Part shown: in pieces, positions 35,260 through 48,300 of the stretch
Layout: each line of letters opens with the position of its first letter
How positions within the stretch are numbered: position 1 is the first letter of the stretch
Origin: Azolla caroliniana
Lineage: Eukaryota; Plantae; Polypodiophyta
NCBI GenBank assembly: GCA_043228905.1
Contig: JBHGNT010000017.1
Coordinates: forward strand, 6,634,001 to 6,698,000
Direction: 5' to 3'
Length of the DNA: 64,000 nucleotides
Notes under the pieces: model-generated
Database searches by the model: none
Told to the model about the DNA's origin: nothing
Seen by the model: only the letters and a program-made list of their open reading frames with translations
Made by a program: the position numbers and the translations under genes

Positions 35260-38200
35260 ATGGCCCCTTCTCTCTTAAAAACCCTCCTCACTTCTTTCAG
35301 CCCCAGAGGAGACTACCTTGCTGTCTGTACTGGCGATGGAAGGATTAAGGTTAGCTTCTGATTCTTTTTGTTTTGTTGTTATTGCTATTTTCTTTTCGTG
35401 GAGTCTCTTATTTTTAAGCTCCAGAATCTTTTGGTTTTTCTTGTTTTTTTCCTAATGTATGAAACACTATTTTATTTTAATTGTTTCTTGCTCAGTGTTT
35501 GTCTGGAGTAAGTAAATCTTTTGTATGTTCCATTTTCTAGAATTGTTTTCGCATTCCTTTTTTTCTCATCCCTGAACACTTTTGATATGTTTTTTTTTTT
35601 ATATATATTTTAATCTCTGAATTTATTTTGCTCTCAATATATGCGTAATTACAAACACTTACTTTTTTGGTGTTCTGTTAGATTCTTTTCTTGTTGCATT
35701 TTTTGCTTTCTGAATTTTGTTTTCCATTCCTTTGTCTATAATTCGACCACTTTTTTGGGCTTTATTTTAACTCTCTGAATTGGATTTGCTTTCTTTTTAT
35801 GCTTGAATATCATGAAAAAAAGTTTTTTTTCCTTTGGTATGAATGAATACAGACTTGGGATACTGTGGATGGGTGTATCAAAGGTGATTTTGTTGATTTA
35901 TCTTTTTCAAGTAATGGGACTGATACCATTGAAGATGGTCATCTTGCGATCGACTACACTTGTATGGCATGGAATCCTGTAACTAAGAAGGTAAGCCTAA
36001 AAATGGTTTGAGAAGTTGATCTATAGACTTAGAATTGACGCTTCTAGAATAGAGGCATCTGTAAATTCAAAAATATGTATTTCTAATCAGTATGATGATA
36101 TTAGGCACAGATCTGTTTGTTGTAAATGCATACATCTGCAACAGAGACATCTTTAAACATAAGAATTTGTATATTCTGGATGCGTACTTACAGAGGGAAA
36201 CGTTTTTAGTAAAAAATGTTGTACACTGTAAATACATAGTTGCAGAATGATGTCATATTAACCTCAAACATTGGTATTTTGTTTATGTGCATACTTGCAA
36301 AATAGAGACAACTTTAAGCACAGAATTTACATATAGTGTACAGAATGAAGTAATCTTGAAAATAACCATTTGAATGCTGTATAGCATCTCTGAACGCACT
36401 TAGTACAGCTTAAATGCTTACCAACACAATAGAGACGTCTTTAAACACATAATTTCCATATTGTGCAATGTGTATGCATGTTTACATGATAGAGGCATCT
36501 TTAAACATAACATTTCATGTAACGAGTATTCATGGCTACAGAATAAAGGCATCTTAAAAAAAGATTTTTTGTAATGCATATTCAGGCCTACAGGACGGAG
36601 GCACGCTAATTTATATACAAATCGTATATGCATACTTAGATAGTCGAGCACTAGAATGTGTATACTGTAGATGCATACTTGCAGAATAGAGCCACCTTAA
36701 AAAAGAAAGAAATATGTACATTCTATATCTAATCTCCAGCAATTAAGTTGGTATATGTAACTTTGCATGATGAAAGATGTACGTTCTTCTCTAATCTTAG
36801 ATTTGTACAATGGTATGCACTTTAATTTGTACAATGGTATGCACAATGATCAAAATTTCAATTATCAGGGGAAAAAGAAGCATGGATCATCGCTACTTCT
36901 AGGTTTGGGAACAGGTTCAGGTGATGTTCTGCTTTTAGATGTTGCACTTGGACAGTTAAAATGGAGAGTCCAAGATTGCCATCCAGGGTTAGTGGCCATT
37001 ACATCTCCTTATATCCATTATACTCAATGTCCTTGAATGTTCTTAATTGATTCTTCATTATCTCTTTGCTGATATTTCTTTCTTTCTTATTGCTTTGATT
37101 TTTAGTGGCGTGAAGTCACTGGTATTTGCAAAATCTGGGAGTATCTTGTACAGTGCAGGAGTGGATGGAATGGTGTGTGAAATGAATGTTGATTCTGGCG
37201 AGCTTCTTGAGAAATTTAGAGCTTCCAAGAGAGCAGTGTCTTGCATTTGTGTTTCGAGAGGTAAGTTCTATAAGATACTGTCAGGATGCTGTTTATCTCC
37301 TTGTACTCATATATGTAATCATGTATATGTGTTTAGTTTCTATTGTCTGTATCTTTGGTCACATACAGTTTCGTTTTCTCTATTGACTTAATACATTCAC
37401 TTTACCGAAAAGGATAATTTTCTAATCACATCATGCCTTGAATTTTTTGGAAAGGTGATTGTGATTAATAAATCATTTCGGCTCATCTTCTTTGTATGCA
37501 TACAATTTATAAGTGCTTGTGTTTAATAGATCATTTTGCATATTGTATGTGCATCTTACTCGTATTGTAAAAATAGTAAGCATTCTATATATGGTTTCTC
37601 TTTCTCTGTACCACATTGTAATCATCATGGATGATTTTGTTTTTATCCAGAGATGCAGTTTTTTCATAGATAATGTTCTTTTAATGAAATCGCCTCTAAA
37701 TTTCCCTTGCTTTCATTTACTTTAGGACTATCTGTAGTTTGATTCATAGGCTGTAATCAGTAGTCTACCCTTTTTTATAAGTTGTGAGATAAGATACTCC
37801 ATGAGTGTAATAATGTTCATGTATTTATAGAGTTTGAAGGTTGTTTTATTTTATAGAATTGAGCATTTAATGCAAATGACTGCTGTGAGTTATACCTGGT
37901 AGTTCTAGAAGGCCTTGGTGAGAGCTTGCGCTGCTATGTCAGCATGAATACTTTCATCATGTGGGATTTGAGAGTTACCATATAGCATCACAGTTTTTGA
38001 CTGAGCTATGGTCGAGTGTATTCTTCTGTTTCGATCCATTCACTGGAAACATCGTTTCTCTTCACACTGTTTTTGAATGACATTGTAGTGTACTATCCTT
38101 GAGCTGTCTGTGGACAATGGTCTTGTGTTCCTTCCCTCTATATTCTTCTGATTAATTCTGAGTTGATTCAAACTGATGAGGTCTGCAGATGGTAATTACT

Positions 38201-41200
38201 TGGTTGCTGGCTCATCTGATTTGAGGCTCTTTGATCTATCCAATAAGAAGCGTTTGTGCAAGTTTACTGGTCATCCTGTAAGTTAAATTCACTACGTCCA
38301 GTGATTGATGTTCATCCCTGACGTATTTCCTAATTTAGTCTGTGTTTGCACAACAGGATGCTGTGAAAGACATAGTTTATGCAGACGATGACAAACATTT
38401 CTTTTCTTGTGCAAATGGGGAGAGACATGTAGCTTTGTGGCATAATAATGGAAGCAAGAAAAGTGCTGCAGCTGTGTGCTGTCTTTCAATGGAGCATGCT
38501 GCAGTCGACCTTGATTGTAGTGGTGAATTTTCTCAATCTGTACGACTCTTAGCTGTTTCTGAAGCGGGGGTAGTTTATGTTTGGCATGCATCAAGTGTGG
38601 TAGAGCTCTCCAAGGTAGAACCTATCAAAGTTGCCATAGATAATGTGAAAGGCGAGGCATCACCTGGGAAACGAAAAAGCTCAAGGTCAACTGTTCTTGC
38701 AGCGAAATTTATCGGCAAGTGTGATAAAGGTCCAGGATCGATTCTTGTTGCTTTCGGATCAACAGTGAAACCTGTTTTTGAACAAGTTTCTTTGGTAGGA
38801 AAGAACAAAACTATATTACTACAGGCAAATCAGAATGGAGCACTGATGCCTGCCATACAAGTCAATGACATAGCCGGAAGCACAGGTCTTTCAGAAGGTA
38901 TGTTTAGTGAAACCGTACACTCACTAAAAGTAATTAACTAAAAAGAATCCAGATATAAGCATGGCAGGAAATGGATATAATACGTTTATTTGAAGCCTCT
39001 GTTTTGGAAGCATTAAAAACAACGAAGTTTAAATGTCCTTAACTTCTGCTGCAGTAAGAGTTCTGGGTCCAGATAATGCAGTAGACATCGATAAACCAAG
39101 TGCGCACTTGGAATTAGAGGCATCTCCTACCAAACCGTCCAAAAGAAAGAAGCGTGCATCAATTGAGATTACTGAGGATCGACCGAAATCATATGGTATT
39201 TCATAGCACTTATATTAGTAGTTATCTAACATTGTTTTAAAGGTGAAGTGGAGTGCCTCCCTTAATTTTCTTATCGACTTGATTTAACTGTTGTATCATC
39301 AATAATAATTGTAATGTCTATACAATTTTGTCTGATCATAATGCACATGTTATTTAAGTTTTGGATTGTTTAGCTTGATTAAAGTGTATAATTGCTTTTA
39401 TCAAACATGAAGTTAAAATTTCCACCTAGCACATTTCTACTTGGTGGTTTTTTAATCCGGACATCAAATTTACATCACTGGTTGGACACGTTCAATCAGA
39501 TAATAAAACTATTCTTGGGGATGAAGAGACTATGGAAGACAAATTGAAGGCGTTGGGGATTCTTGAAAATGGAGAAAAGGATACAGGTCCAAATTCTGAG
39601 ATATTTTCTACACCAAAAGCCGATTCTTTACAGGTTCTGATGATGCAAGCATTGGAATCTGATGATAAAGCTCTCTTAGAGCAATGCCTTGCTGTGACTG
39701 ATGAGAAAGTGAGTTTTGGCGTATTGGAATTGTGTAACTGTAGCAGCTGCATTACATTATTCTCAATCAACTTTACCAGCTGATGAGAACATACTCTATT
39801 CTAATTATTGTATGTAGATTATCACCAATACAATGCGTTTACTGAGCCCATCGAATGCTGCTAAGTTCCTGCAACTATCAGTTTTCAAGATTGATTCAAG
39901 GTAAGGGGTATGCCATACAATCATTCTTTTGATATAAAAGTTGTCTTCAAGGCCAAAATTTCTAATTATTCAGACTCGAAAGTTGAACTAAGACCATTTT
40001 AAGGTATGCTGATTGTCCAGGTAGTTTATATATTTCGATCAAGTTATTCCTTGCTGTAGAGCTGTAGGCTTATGGATTCTTTACCGTATGCATCTTGTAT
40101 CATCAATATGGTCTATGCTGACAACTGGTGTTTGTGTTATAACGGATCTTAAACTGAAGTTGATCTGTGGATTACACAGCGTGACACAGTTATAGACCTT
40201 GGAGTTATCTGTTTAGGATATGAACAGACAAGTGACATGCAATATACAGATCTTACACTAAGATTGTTAGAATGATTAGGTTGTTGGTTTCTCAGGACAC
40301 TTGGAAGTTGATCTGTGGATTGATAATGTAAACACAGTTTTCCTGATGCAAAGATCACAATAATGACTTAGATGGGAGTTTCTAGATAAATTATGCTACT
40401 CAGACTGACTTATATAACAAACTTATTTCAGTCATTGATGTTTCACACCCTACATTAAACAGGACAAAGAGGAGTTTAGTACTGCTGCCATGGATAAAAG
40501 CAGCTTTACTGTACCATACATCGTACATCATGTCAAACCCCTCAATGCAGCCAGTATTAAGTTCTCTCTACCAGGTAAAGGGCTTTTTCCATGTACTATT
40601 CAAGTTGATTTCCTAAGTTTCGTTATGTTTGTATGGTATCAGCAGTTTTGAGAGCAGAAATTTAGCATGGCACATTTGGGAAGTTTCTACATCCATGTCC
40701 AACTCCTTTCCTGCATTTTAACTTCTAAATTTTGATGCTGCTCATTGTACATATCAGAGAAATCTCCCGATATTTCAGAAACATTCTTTGAAAAATGATT
40801 TCATATGTGCCAATATGGCACCATCACAATTGCTGCAAAATGATCTTATTTCTTCCCTACAGTACCAACGCTGAATATCTCTAATTTGTAACCTGCTATA
40901 ATTAGTCTAGGACCTTGTTTGACCATTACTGTTTGTTGATGTTAAGAACATCTTCTCATTGGAAGCAACTGAAGGCATCTATTGCACGTTAAACAATCTC
41001 TGCCCACTTTATAGCAGTAGAAATGTTTGCAGTGAAAAGAATGGAGAGACTGAAGAACTACAATCAGGTGTTATTTCATAATTGGCGGAGATACAAAGTA
41101 TTCCATTTTGATGCCCAACATGACATTGCGAATCATCATAAATGGTAATAACATAGTGTTAGAAGATTTGTAAGGTGGAGCTGTGTCCTGACCTACATTG

Positions 41201-42777
41201 AGTGCTGGGTTATGCAATATGTATTCATATGAGCGCATGATATTGGTGTAAAAAGGATAAAGGTTTCCGCAGGTTAGTGTTTTCATGGTCATAGATATCT
41301 TTATATATCATATTAGAAGCCTCTCATTTTATAAGGGATTAGAAAGCGTTACAGTTCATTGTCAAATCTCAATACAGTTCATATTTGTTGCAATGGATTG
41401 AAATTCCTACAGATGTGTGTGCAAGTATTGAAGGTAGTCTGTGGAACTAGCAGAGGTCAGTAAAACATCAATAGAACTACAAATTTAGCTAAAAACTTTT
41501 GTGCCAGGATTTTAAACCATTGTAGACTAAAATTTTATCTCCAGGAAGCTAATTTTCCCTTAGATTGGTTCTGAACAATGCAAACGACACTGTTTGTCTC
41601 CAAAGATTGGTGCCCCTTTTGATATTCCTTAGTTCATAAGTAAATCATCAACATACAGTTATAGCTCAAACCTTGAAAACATAACGAGCCACAAAACCCT
41701 AGTTTAGGCCTATTTCGGCATCTAATAGTGACAGGTGGAGCTTCCAAAGCATCCTCCACTGAATATTCGAGAACATTCTTCACTGAGCATAGTAAATAAA
41801 TAAGACAACCATTCAGCTGTGTCTCTTGAACAGGCCTAAATCTGAATTTCAAGTTCTACCGGGTGTCAACCTCTTCAAAGGTATCATAACCCGCTCAATA
41901 GCATTCAAGTGACATGTGGGCCCAACTCCTAACTTTAAAGTGACTTCATATATAAGTGGCAATATTTTACTGCTGGAGGACCACACTTATGCAGATAAGG
42001 AATGTTAAATGGACAATCACATGCCGAATCTGAACCCTGCCTCTGCCTGCCTTTGCTCATCCAGTATAGACACCTTTGGGTCTCCTGTCTCACATTGGCT
42101 TTGCATCGTTCTCTTGTTTGATTTGAAGAGTTCGTGGTAACAAAGAGTCACACCTTCTGGTGACATTTATAGTAGGTGATTTGAAAGAAGGAACATCATC
42201 TGCTCAATAGAGCTCCAGGAGAAACACCTGCCCTGTAAATCTAGAAAACGAATTCCAGGACTTCTCAATATTCCCTTGTTGTCATTGTCTTCGATCTCTC
42301 TTAGTAGTCACTTGCTCCTGTTATCTATCTACTTTTTTGTTGTGTTTGTGTGTGGTAGAGAGAATTTACAAAAAATGCAGGCTGTAGATGCAAGGCTGTC
42401 GGTCTTTAGATCATTGCTTTCTCTTTCAGGTCGATTGGACCTCATTATGGCACAGGTAATTAAGTATTTTCTTGAAACATTTTGTGAGTGTATGTGCTAA
42501 GGAAACTGTAATAACTCAATCCCTTGATATGTATCTGTTACAGGTATCTAATAATGAGGTACCTCAGCAGCATGAAGTGGCAGCTGCTGTGGTGTACGAA
42601 GAAAGCGATGGTGATGATGATGAAGGTGAAGTTGAGGATGTGATGGATGCTGATGATAATATGGAAAGCGAAAGTGATGACAGCGATGAAGATTTGAGAA
42701 ATGGGCATGCTCCATCTGCAAAGCACAATAATGGGTCTTTAGATGATATGATGGGGGACTCTGATGACGACTTCTAA
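35260..42777 (+). CDS. WDR43: WD repeat-containing protein 43 / UTP5 (SSU processome; WD40, Utp12 domain, acidic tail), 661 aa
   Basis: In-phase GT-AG exons: 35260-35349, 35853-35990, 36869-36987, 37106-37260, 38189-38277, 38357-38897, 39055-39195, 39500-39708, 39818-39900, 40463-40574, 42381-42455 and 42544-42777. Motifs include GDGRIKTWDT, LGTGSGDV, KFTGHP, PKADSLQVLMMQALESDDKALLEQCL and LLSLSGRLDLI. Confidence 0.92.
36045..36700. repeat. Highly degenerate ~58-bp tandem array in WDR43 intron 2
   Basis: Recurrent aatagaggcatctttaaaca...atgcatacttgcag motifs at roughly regular spacing. Confidence 0.6.
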
Positions 42778-44444
42778 GTAATTTATCGAGATTTATTTTT
42801 TTCCTTGGCTAATCTCGATTACCAATTGGATAAATAACCTCTTGGTTTCCCTGTTTCATCAACCCATGCTTTGTGTGGGGTGTCTACCTTCACCAGAGTG
42901 TTAATTTTCTCTGATCAGCCTTGTGTATGGGCCTTCTCTAAAGAAGATTGCCTTCTTAAATCCTGATTTCTGTCAAGCATTATTTTGAACACAAAATACA
43001 ATCTTTGGTCTTCCATAGTTCCGATTCGTACTGTGGTTGTAATTTGGCTAAAGATTTACTAATATTGGAACATCGAGGCTGAGAAAAGAGATTTAGAATG
43101 AGTTTTCCATAACCTGCGGATGGATGAAAATATGTATTGAGGTGCTACAGCACCAAGTTTTGGGCACAATTTTCTTACTGTTTTGAAAATAGAAAACATG
43201 TGTCCAAAAACGTTTCTGTTTTTTAGCTATGTTTTTTACAAATCATTTACGTGTGCTAGAATGTTTGAAAATTGGTGACAAGAGATACAACAATGCTGTT
43301 CCCCTCTAATTCCCAATGAAGTTGACATTGCCATGATTTTGATTGTTTGATAAGCAAATTGACAATAAGGAGTGGTTTTGATTTATTTTGCTGTTACAGT
43401 GGGCCCAACATCATGACAAAGTCATTAGCCATCTATGTAGTAATAAGTGCATCAAAAAATGGCTGGAAGAGTGAACTACATACTTGTGTAAAAGAAATGT
43501 GAAGAAAAAGGACTTGAAGAAAATGGATAAAAAAATAAAGACATTCAGTTTGACTAGATACAATATAAATATTTGGATTGATTCCTACAATTGGAGCTGG
43601 ACATTTATTTTTGTTTTTCCAACATCACTTATTATATGTCATTATGGGATGCAGTAACATGACGTTATGGGTTATATACTAGTAACACGTTTATATATAT
43701 CCAATTTGATGACATGATAGGTCAGTGTAAAATAAAATGGGTATGCTGCAATTTATGCTTGATTTTTTTGTCATTACAGTATGGAAGATGTAGTGTATAT
43801 GATAGTAGATTGCTTCATTAGTAGCCTTAATTGGTATGCTTTAATACACAAGGAAAAGGCAAATGCCGTCTACAAAATAAAGTTTCTCAACCAATGATAC
43901 ACAAATCAAATCTTGTAGATGACTTCCTTAGCGTGGTTTTGATAGATTTTGACCATTGTACAATGCAGCACATGAGTTGAAGCTCAAGAGGACTTAATGT
44001 TATCTTATGCTTTCCAAACAACATTTGGATGAAGCACACAAATACCATACACTTTAAGGAGCAATGCCTCAAACTACAAATGAATGAAACCTTGCTTGAG
44101 GCATTTAACTCACAATGATTGCACATACACATTGTCCAGTCAAGAAAACTGACTGCCATTTATTCTTTGAGTCTTTTGGTAAGCTGTCAAATTGAATGGG
44201 TGGGGCAATGATTGGAATTGGAAAATAAGAAATAATGTTGACATTGGTGGGATATATTGGATGGATCAAAGAATCTAGATTTAGCCAAGGGCCTAACTAA
44301 AGAGTTTTGATAAATTCCTACTCAAGTATGACATTCTCACTGATATTGTAATATATTTAGTTCTTCTCATGATCATACTTTCATATAAACTTTTCTCCAG
44401 ATCCTTTGTCTATTAATTCTCTCTCTCTTTTATTTCTTGTAATT

Positions 44445-44545
44445 ACCTTATCTTAGTGGTAAATTGTTAACACTACAAGCAGTGCGTCTTGGGTTCGAAA
44501 CCCAAATTTCTCACTTCTCTCTCTCTCTCACACACACACACAGTC
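44445..44545 (+). other. Degenerate tRNA-derived (SINE-head-like) sequence
   Basis: An A-box-like tatcttagtgg (44449) and a B box gggttcgaaaccc (44491) lie at tRNA-like spacing, followed by (CT)n(CA)n. No cloverleaf can be folded. Confidence 0.35.
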
Positions 44546-44723
44546 ATTATTAAATAAGTACAAACATTACATGCATGATTTTTTGATTGCCAGTTACAGA
44601 AATACAAAGAACAAGGTGTAAATAATATATGTAAATATATATATGTATTGATTAACAAAATATGGTGACGATTGATGGGCTTTCTGTCATCATAATAATG
44701 AAATAAAATACATGAAATTTGAA

Positions 44724-44991
44724 TCATCCCTTTCTAACTGCAGTAACATAACTACCACTACTAGCTGTAGTAATAGTAGTAGACTGATCATACAAAGGAG
44801 TAAGTGTTGTGGCCGCTGCCGCTACTGCTGTTGCAGGAGGGAAGAGCTCCAGGCAGCTATTTGGAATTTATTTTCATGCAAAACATTAACACTATACATT
44901 AACATGATAGACTATTAAAACAATGTGTGCTCACTTCTAACAATTGAAGAAAATAAAAGGCAAAAATTAGTGAAGTAAAGGGATTAAAAGG

Positions 44992-45022
<31 letters not shown>

Positions 45023-45302
45023 TTGATCGTATTTGTATTTGTAGTTTTGTTGTATGTTACCCGCGCTGTAAGGCAGTGTCGTGATTGATGGTGTCGGTGG
45101 TGTATTGAGGGGCCGCTCGTGCCAGGGGGGATGAATCGGCAGGCCTTGGGTGGTTAATATTGCTAGTTGCATTGCCGCCCTTCATCGCAATCGATGCCAT
45201 TCGGTTCACTGCCGTTGCCTCCGCCAACTATCATGTATGTTTTAAACAAAATGAGCTGAATGTAATACCAATCAAATTCTTTCAAGTTATATTTATACTA
45301 TA

Positions 45303-45344
<42 letters not shown>

Positions 45345-48300
45345 TATGCATTGTATGTAATATACATATATTTGTATGTATGTATGCCATAATGCAGACA
45401 GGGATCCATGTAGTATACATGTGTTGTGCATATTTTAATGGGTATTGTGCATCTTGGATTCATATGTGTGTTTTATGATTCATACTTTGTGAACATTAAC
45501 CGGCATTTGATTCACTTGGATCAAATCCTTTTTCCCGACATGTTTAGGGCAATCCTTTTATTTTGATTGCCAATATTTCGTGCCCATTGATTAATCCATG
45601 CCTTCTTCTTTATTTCTTTATTGCTTTTGTAAGTATCATATGAATATGGACTGTAGAGATTGACATTATGTATCGCTCCACCTCTCTCCCCCCCCCCCCA
45701 CACATATGAATCATACTTTTAGGTTTTTCACAAAAGATATCGCAAAAACAAATATATAATCTTCAGATGATGGTAGACCTAATTGCACCAGTAATTAACG
45801 ATATGCCATATTATTGTGTGTTTTGGATGAGAAATGTATAATATGCAAGTATAATTAGGAACTAATCTTACACTTCCGTGCCATTTGTGTTCATGTAAGC
45901 ATATGATTAGTTAGTGTTTATAAAATATAATCTTAATGCAGCCTTACCTTGAGTTTTAATAAATTGTTCTCCTCCCTCAACAACGTCTCCTACATATGAA
46001 CCATACAAGATTAAAACTAGACTTATCAACATTTGAAATTTATAAGGTTTATCAAAAGCAAGTACATTAATGCATATCCATGTACAAGAAAAGCTATGTC
46101 TATTCAGATTTACCAGAAGAACTGGTTACATTTACAAAAAATACGAAACTGGTTCGAGCTAGAGATTTGTGCACAATATTTATTTAACTTTCTCTCTGCA
46201 CCTTTGTAAATGTATGTATTACTTCAATAACCCCAATTGTAAACATGTTTAGCAAATATGTACTAGAATTAGTACCATTCAAGATTGCTTAAAAGCTTGT
46301 CCCAATAGTTTGAGTCTTTGTTTTGATCCATTCGAGCTACACAATTAAACGTATATGTTCGACAAGCATCTCTAAGACCATCCCATAGCCAAAACTGACC
46401 ATATTGGTTATGGATAACCGTTATATCAACTTATAACAACACATTAGTACCTCATCGTACCAAAGGTTTTCTATTAGTTGGATAAATGCATCCAGGAAAT
46501 GTGTTTGAGATTCGTAGTAGCGTTACCGCAATATGTAAATTTGTCCTATTTCATTATGAAACACGCCATTTCAAGAGATGGAAACATTCAAATAACCATC
46601 AAGGTTGTTGAGGTAAACCTTCTACTTTATAAAGACACCCAAAGTAAGAATAGACCAATGAGCATTATAATCTCTGTACTATATTGGATAGACTAGTTGA
46701 GACACAAAAAGTTGAATGGTGGGTGACATAAAGGCACAATCCAATTCAATGAATTATTGGAAAGATAAATTAAGACATGTTCAAGTCGAATCGAGTATGT
46801 AAAGTACGATTAATGCACGAGAGGATTTAATGGTACAATGGAGACAAAATGCAATGTAAGGAATTGGAAAGCCAAATTAAAATACCTAAGTCAAATAGTA
46901 CCATAGAGAAATTAATTAAGCAACACAATTGAGCATAAAAAACTTCTCCAATAAAATGTGGCGAATAGATTTTATAAGTTTTTACATAATAATATGATTT
47001 CGTCACTTGCATGTGGATCATCATGACAATGATTAATATTTAAGGGCTTCTTAAACTTTCAAAGAGAAAATAAAGCATGTATCGAGTAGAGAGTATGTGA
47101 AGGGGGTCTGATTGACATTCTGGATGAATCACTGTAGGATTCTACTGGATTAGATGATGTGGATCTTAGAAAAATACACAGCACAACTATATAACAAGAT
47201 CATGCGCCTGGGAACAATAGAAGGACATCATGGGGGTGCCTAATTATAATAATCCTACATTGAGACTTAAGAGGAATCTAATAAGAACCCATTATTTGTA
47301 TAAAAGGATAAAATGACTAATCTTATGATTTGTATCAAAGACTATAATTATTAATCTTATGATTCTAAATAAGCTGAGACATCTCCCTCTCTGTCTCTGT
47401 CTCTCACTCTCCAATTATTTATACAAGAGAAATGACACACAAGATGATGGGCAGCTTTTTAAAAACTCTTTATAAGTTTAGAGATGACACACAATATATG
47501 TCTTCTATTATTATTTGAATCATGTTTAGTCTCCATTTCTCGTAATTTTGTGATGAACTGCATAAAATGGCCAAATTTATTGAAGTTTTGATCCTAAAAG
47601 GAGCTCTTGATTTGTTGTACATAGTCAAAGAAGTGTAAAGGAGCAAGTCATGAGGTATAAAAAAATAATATGAAAAGAAGTGTTGTAAGGGTGGTACTAA
47701 GAAAAGATTAGGAGGTGTTCAAGAAGTATAGACGTTCATTAAAAAGCCTAAAGGTCAAGGGCACTTTGTAAGAGAAATAGGATTCAACCAATATTTCAAA
47801 AGTAGTAGTATGAAAGTCCGAATGTGGGAATCCCAAATAATTGGAAATTAAAAACTCCGAGGGGCGGAATCAAGTAAACTACGGGTCATGTTGTAGGATG
47901 GTGATGAAGAAAGTATGAATATATCCGTTTTAAGGGATCATGTAGATGTTGGTCGGATATTGATGAAGAAAGTGGAACCAAAAGAGGTGTAGATAAAAAT
48001 GGGGGAGGTAAGAGAGGAGTTTCCTAATGATTTGTTAGTTATCTTCTTGACCAGCCAAACATATAATTTTGTGGGCAACATTTTTACTCCATTGGATGTT
48101 TTGGCAGTTTGGTGCCATTTCTCGAACAAATCTTTGAATGACGTCACAACGTTGATTGGATTTAATGCGGAAGCTTGTTATAAGATAGTTCACATTAAAT
48201 ATTCGTTTTGAAGTGGCACTAATTAGGTTTAAGCCAACTTCTACACCATTAATATTGGGTTCGTAATACCATGAAATGTAAAAGTTAGATGTTCTTCAAA

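Noticed and set aside
35991-42380. Intronic C/D snoRNAs in WDR43 (animal orthologues host them)
   Set aside because: No convincing box C/box D pair with a terminal stem was seen. ATGATGA at ~36092 has no nearby CTGA. An Infernal/Rfam scan would be decisive.
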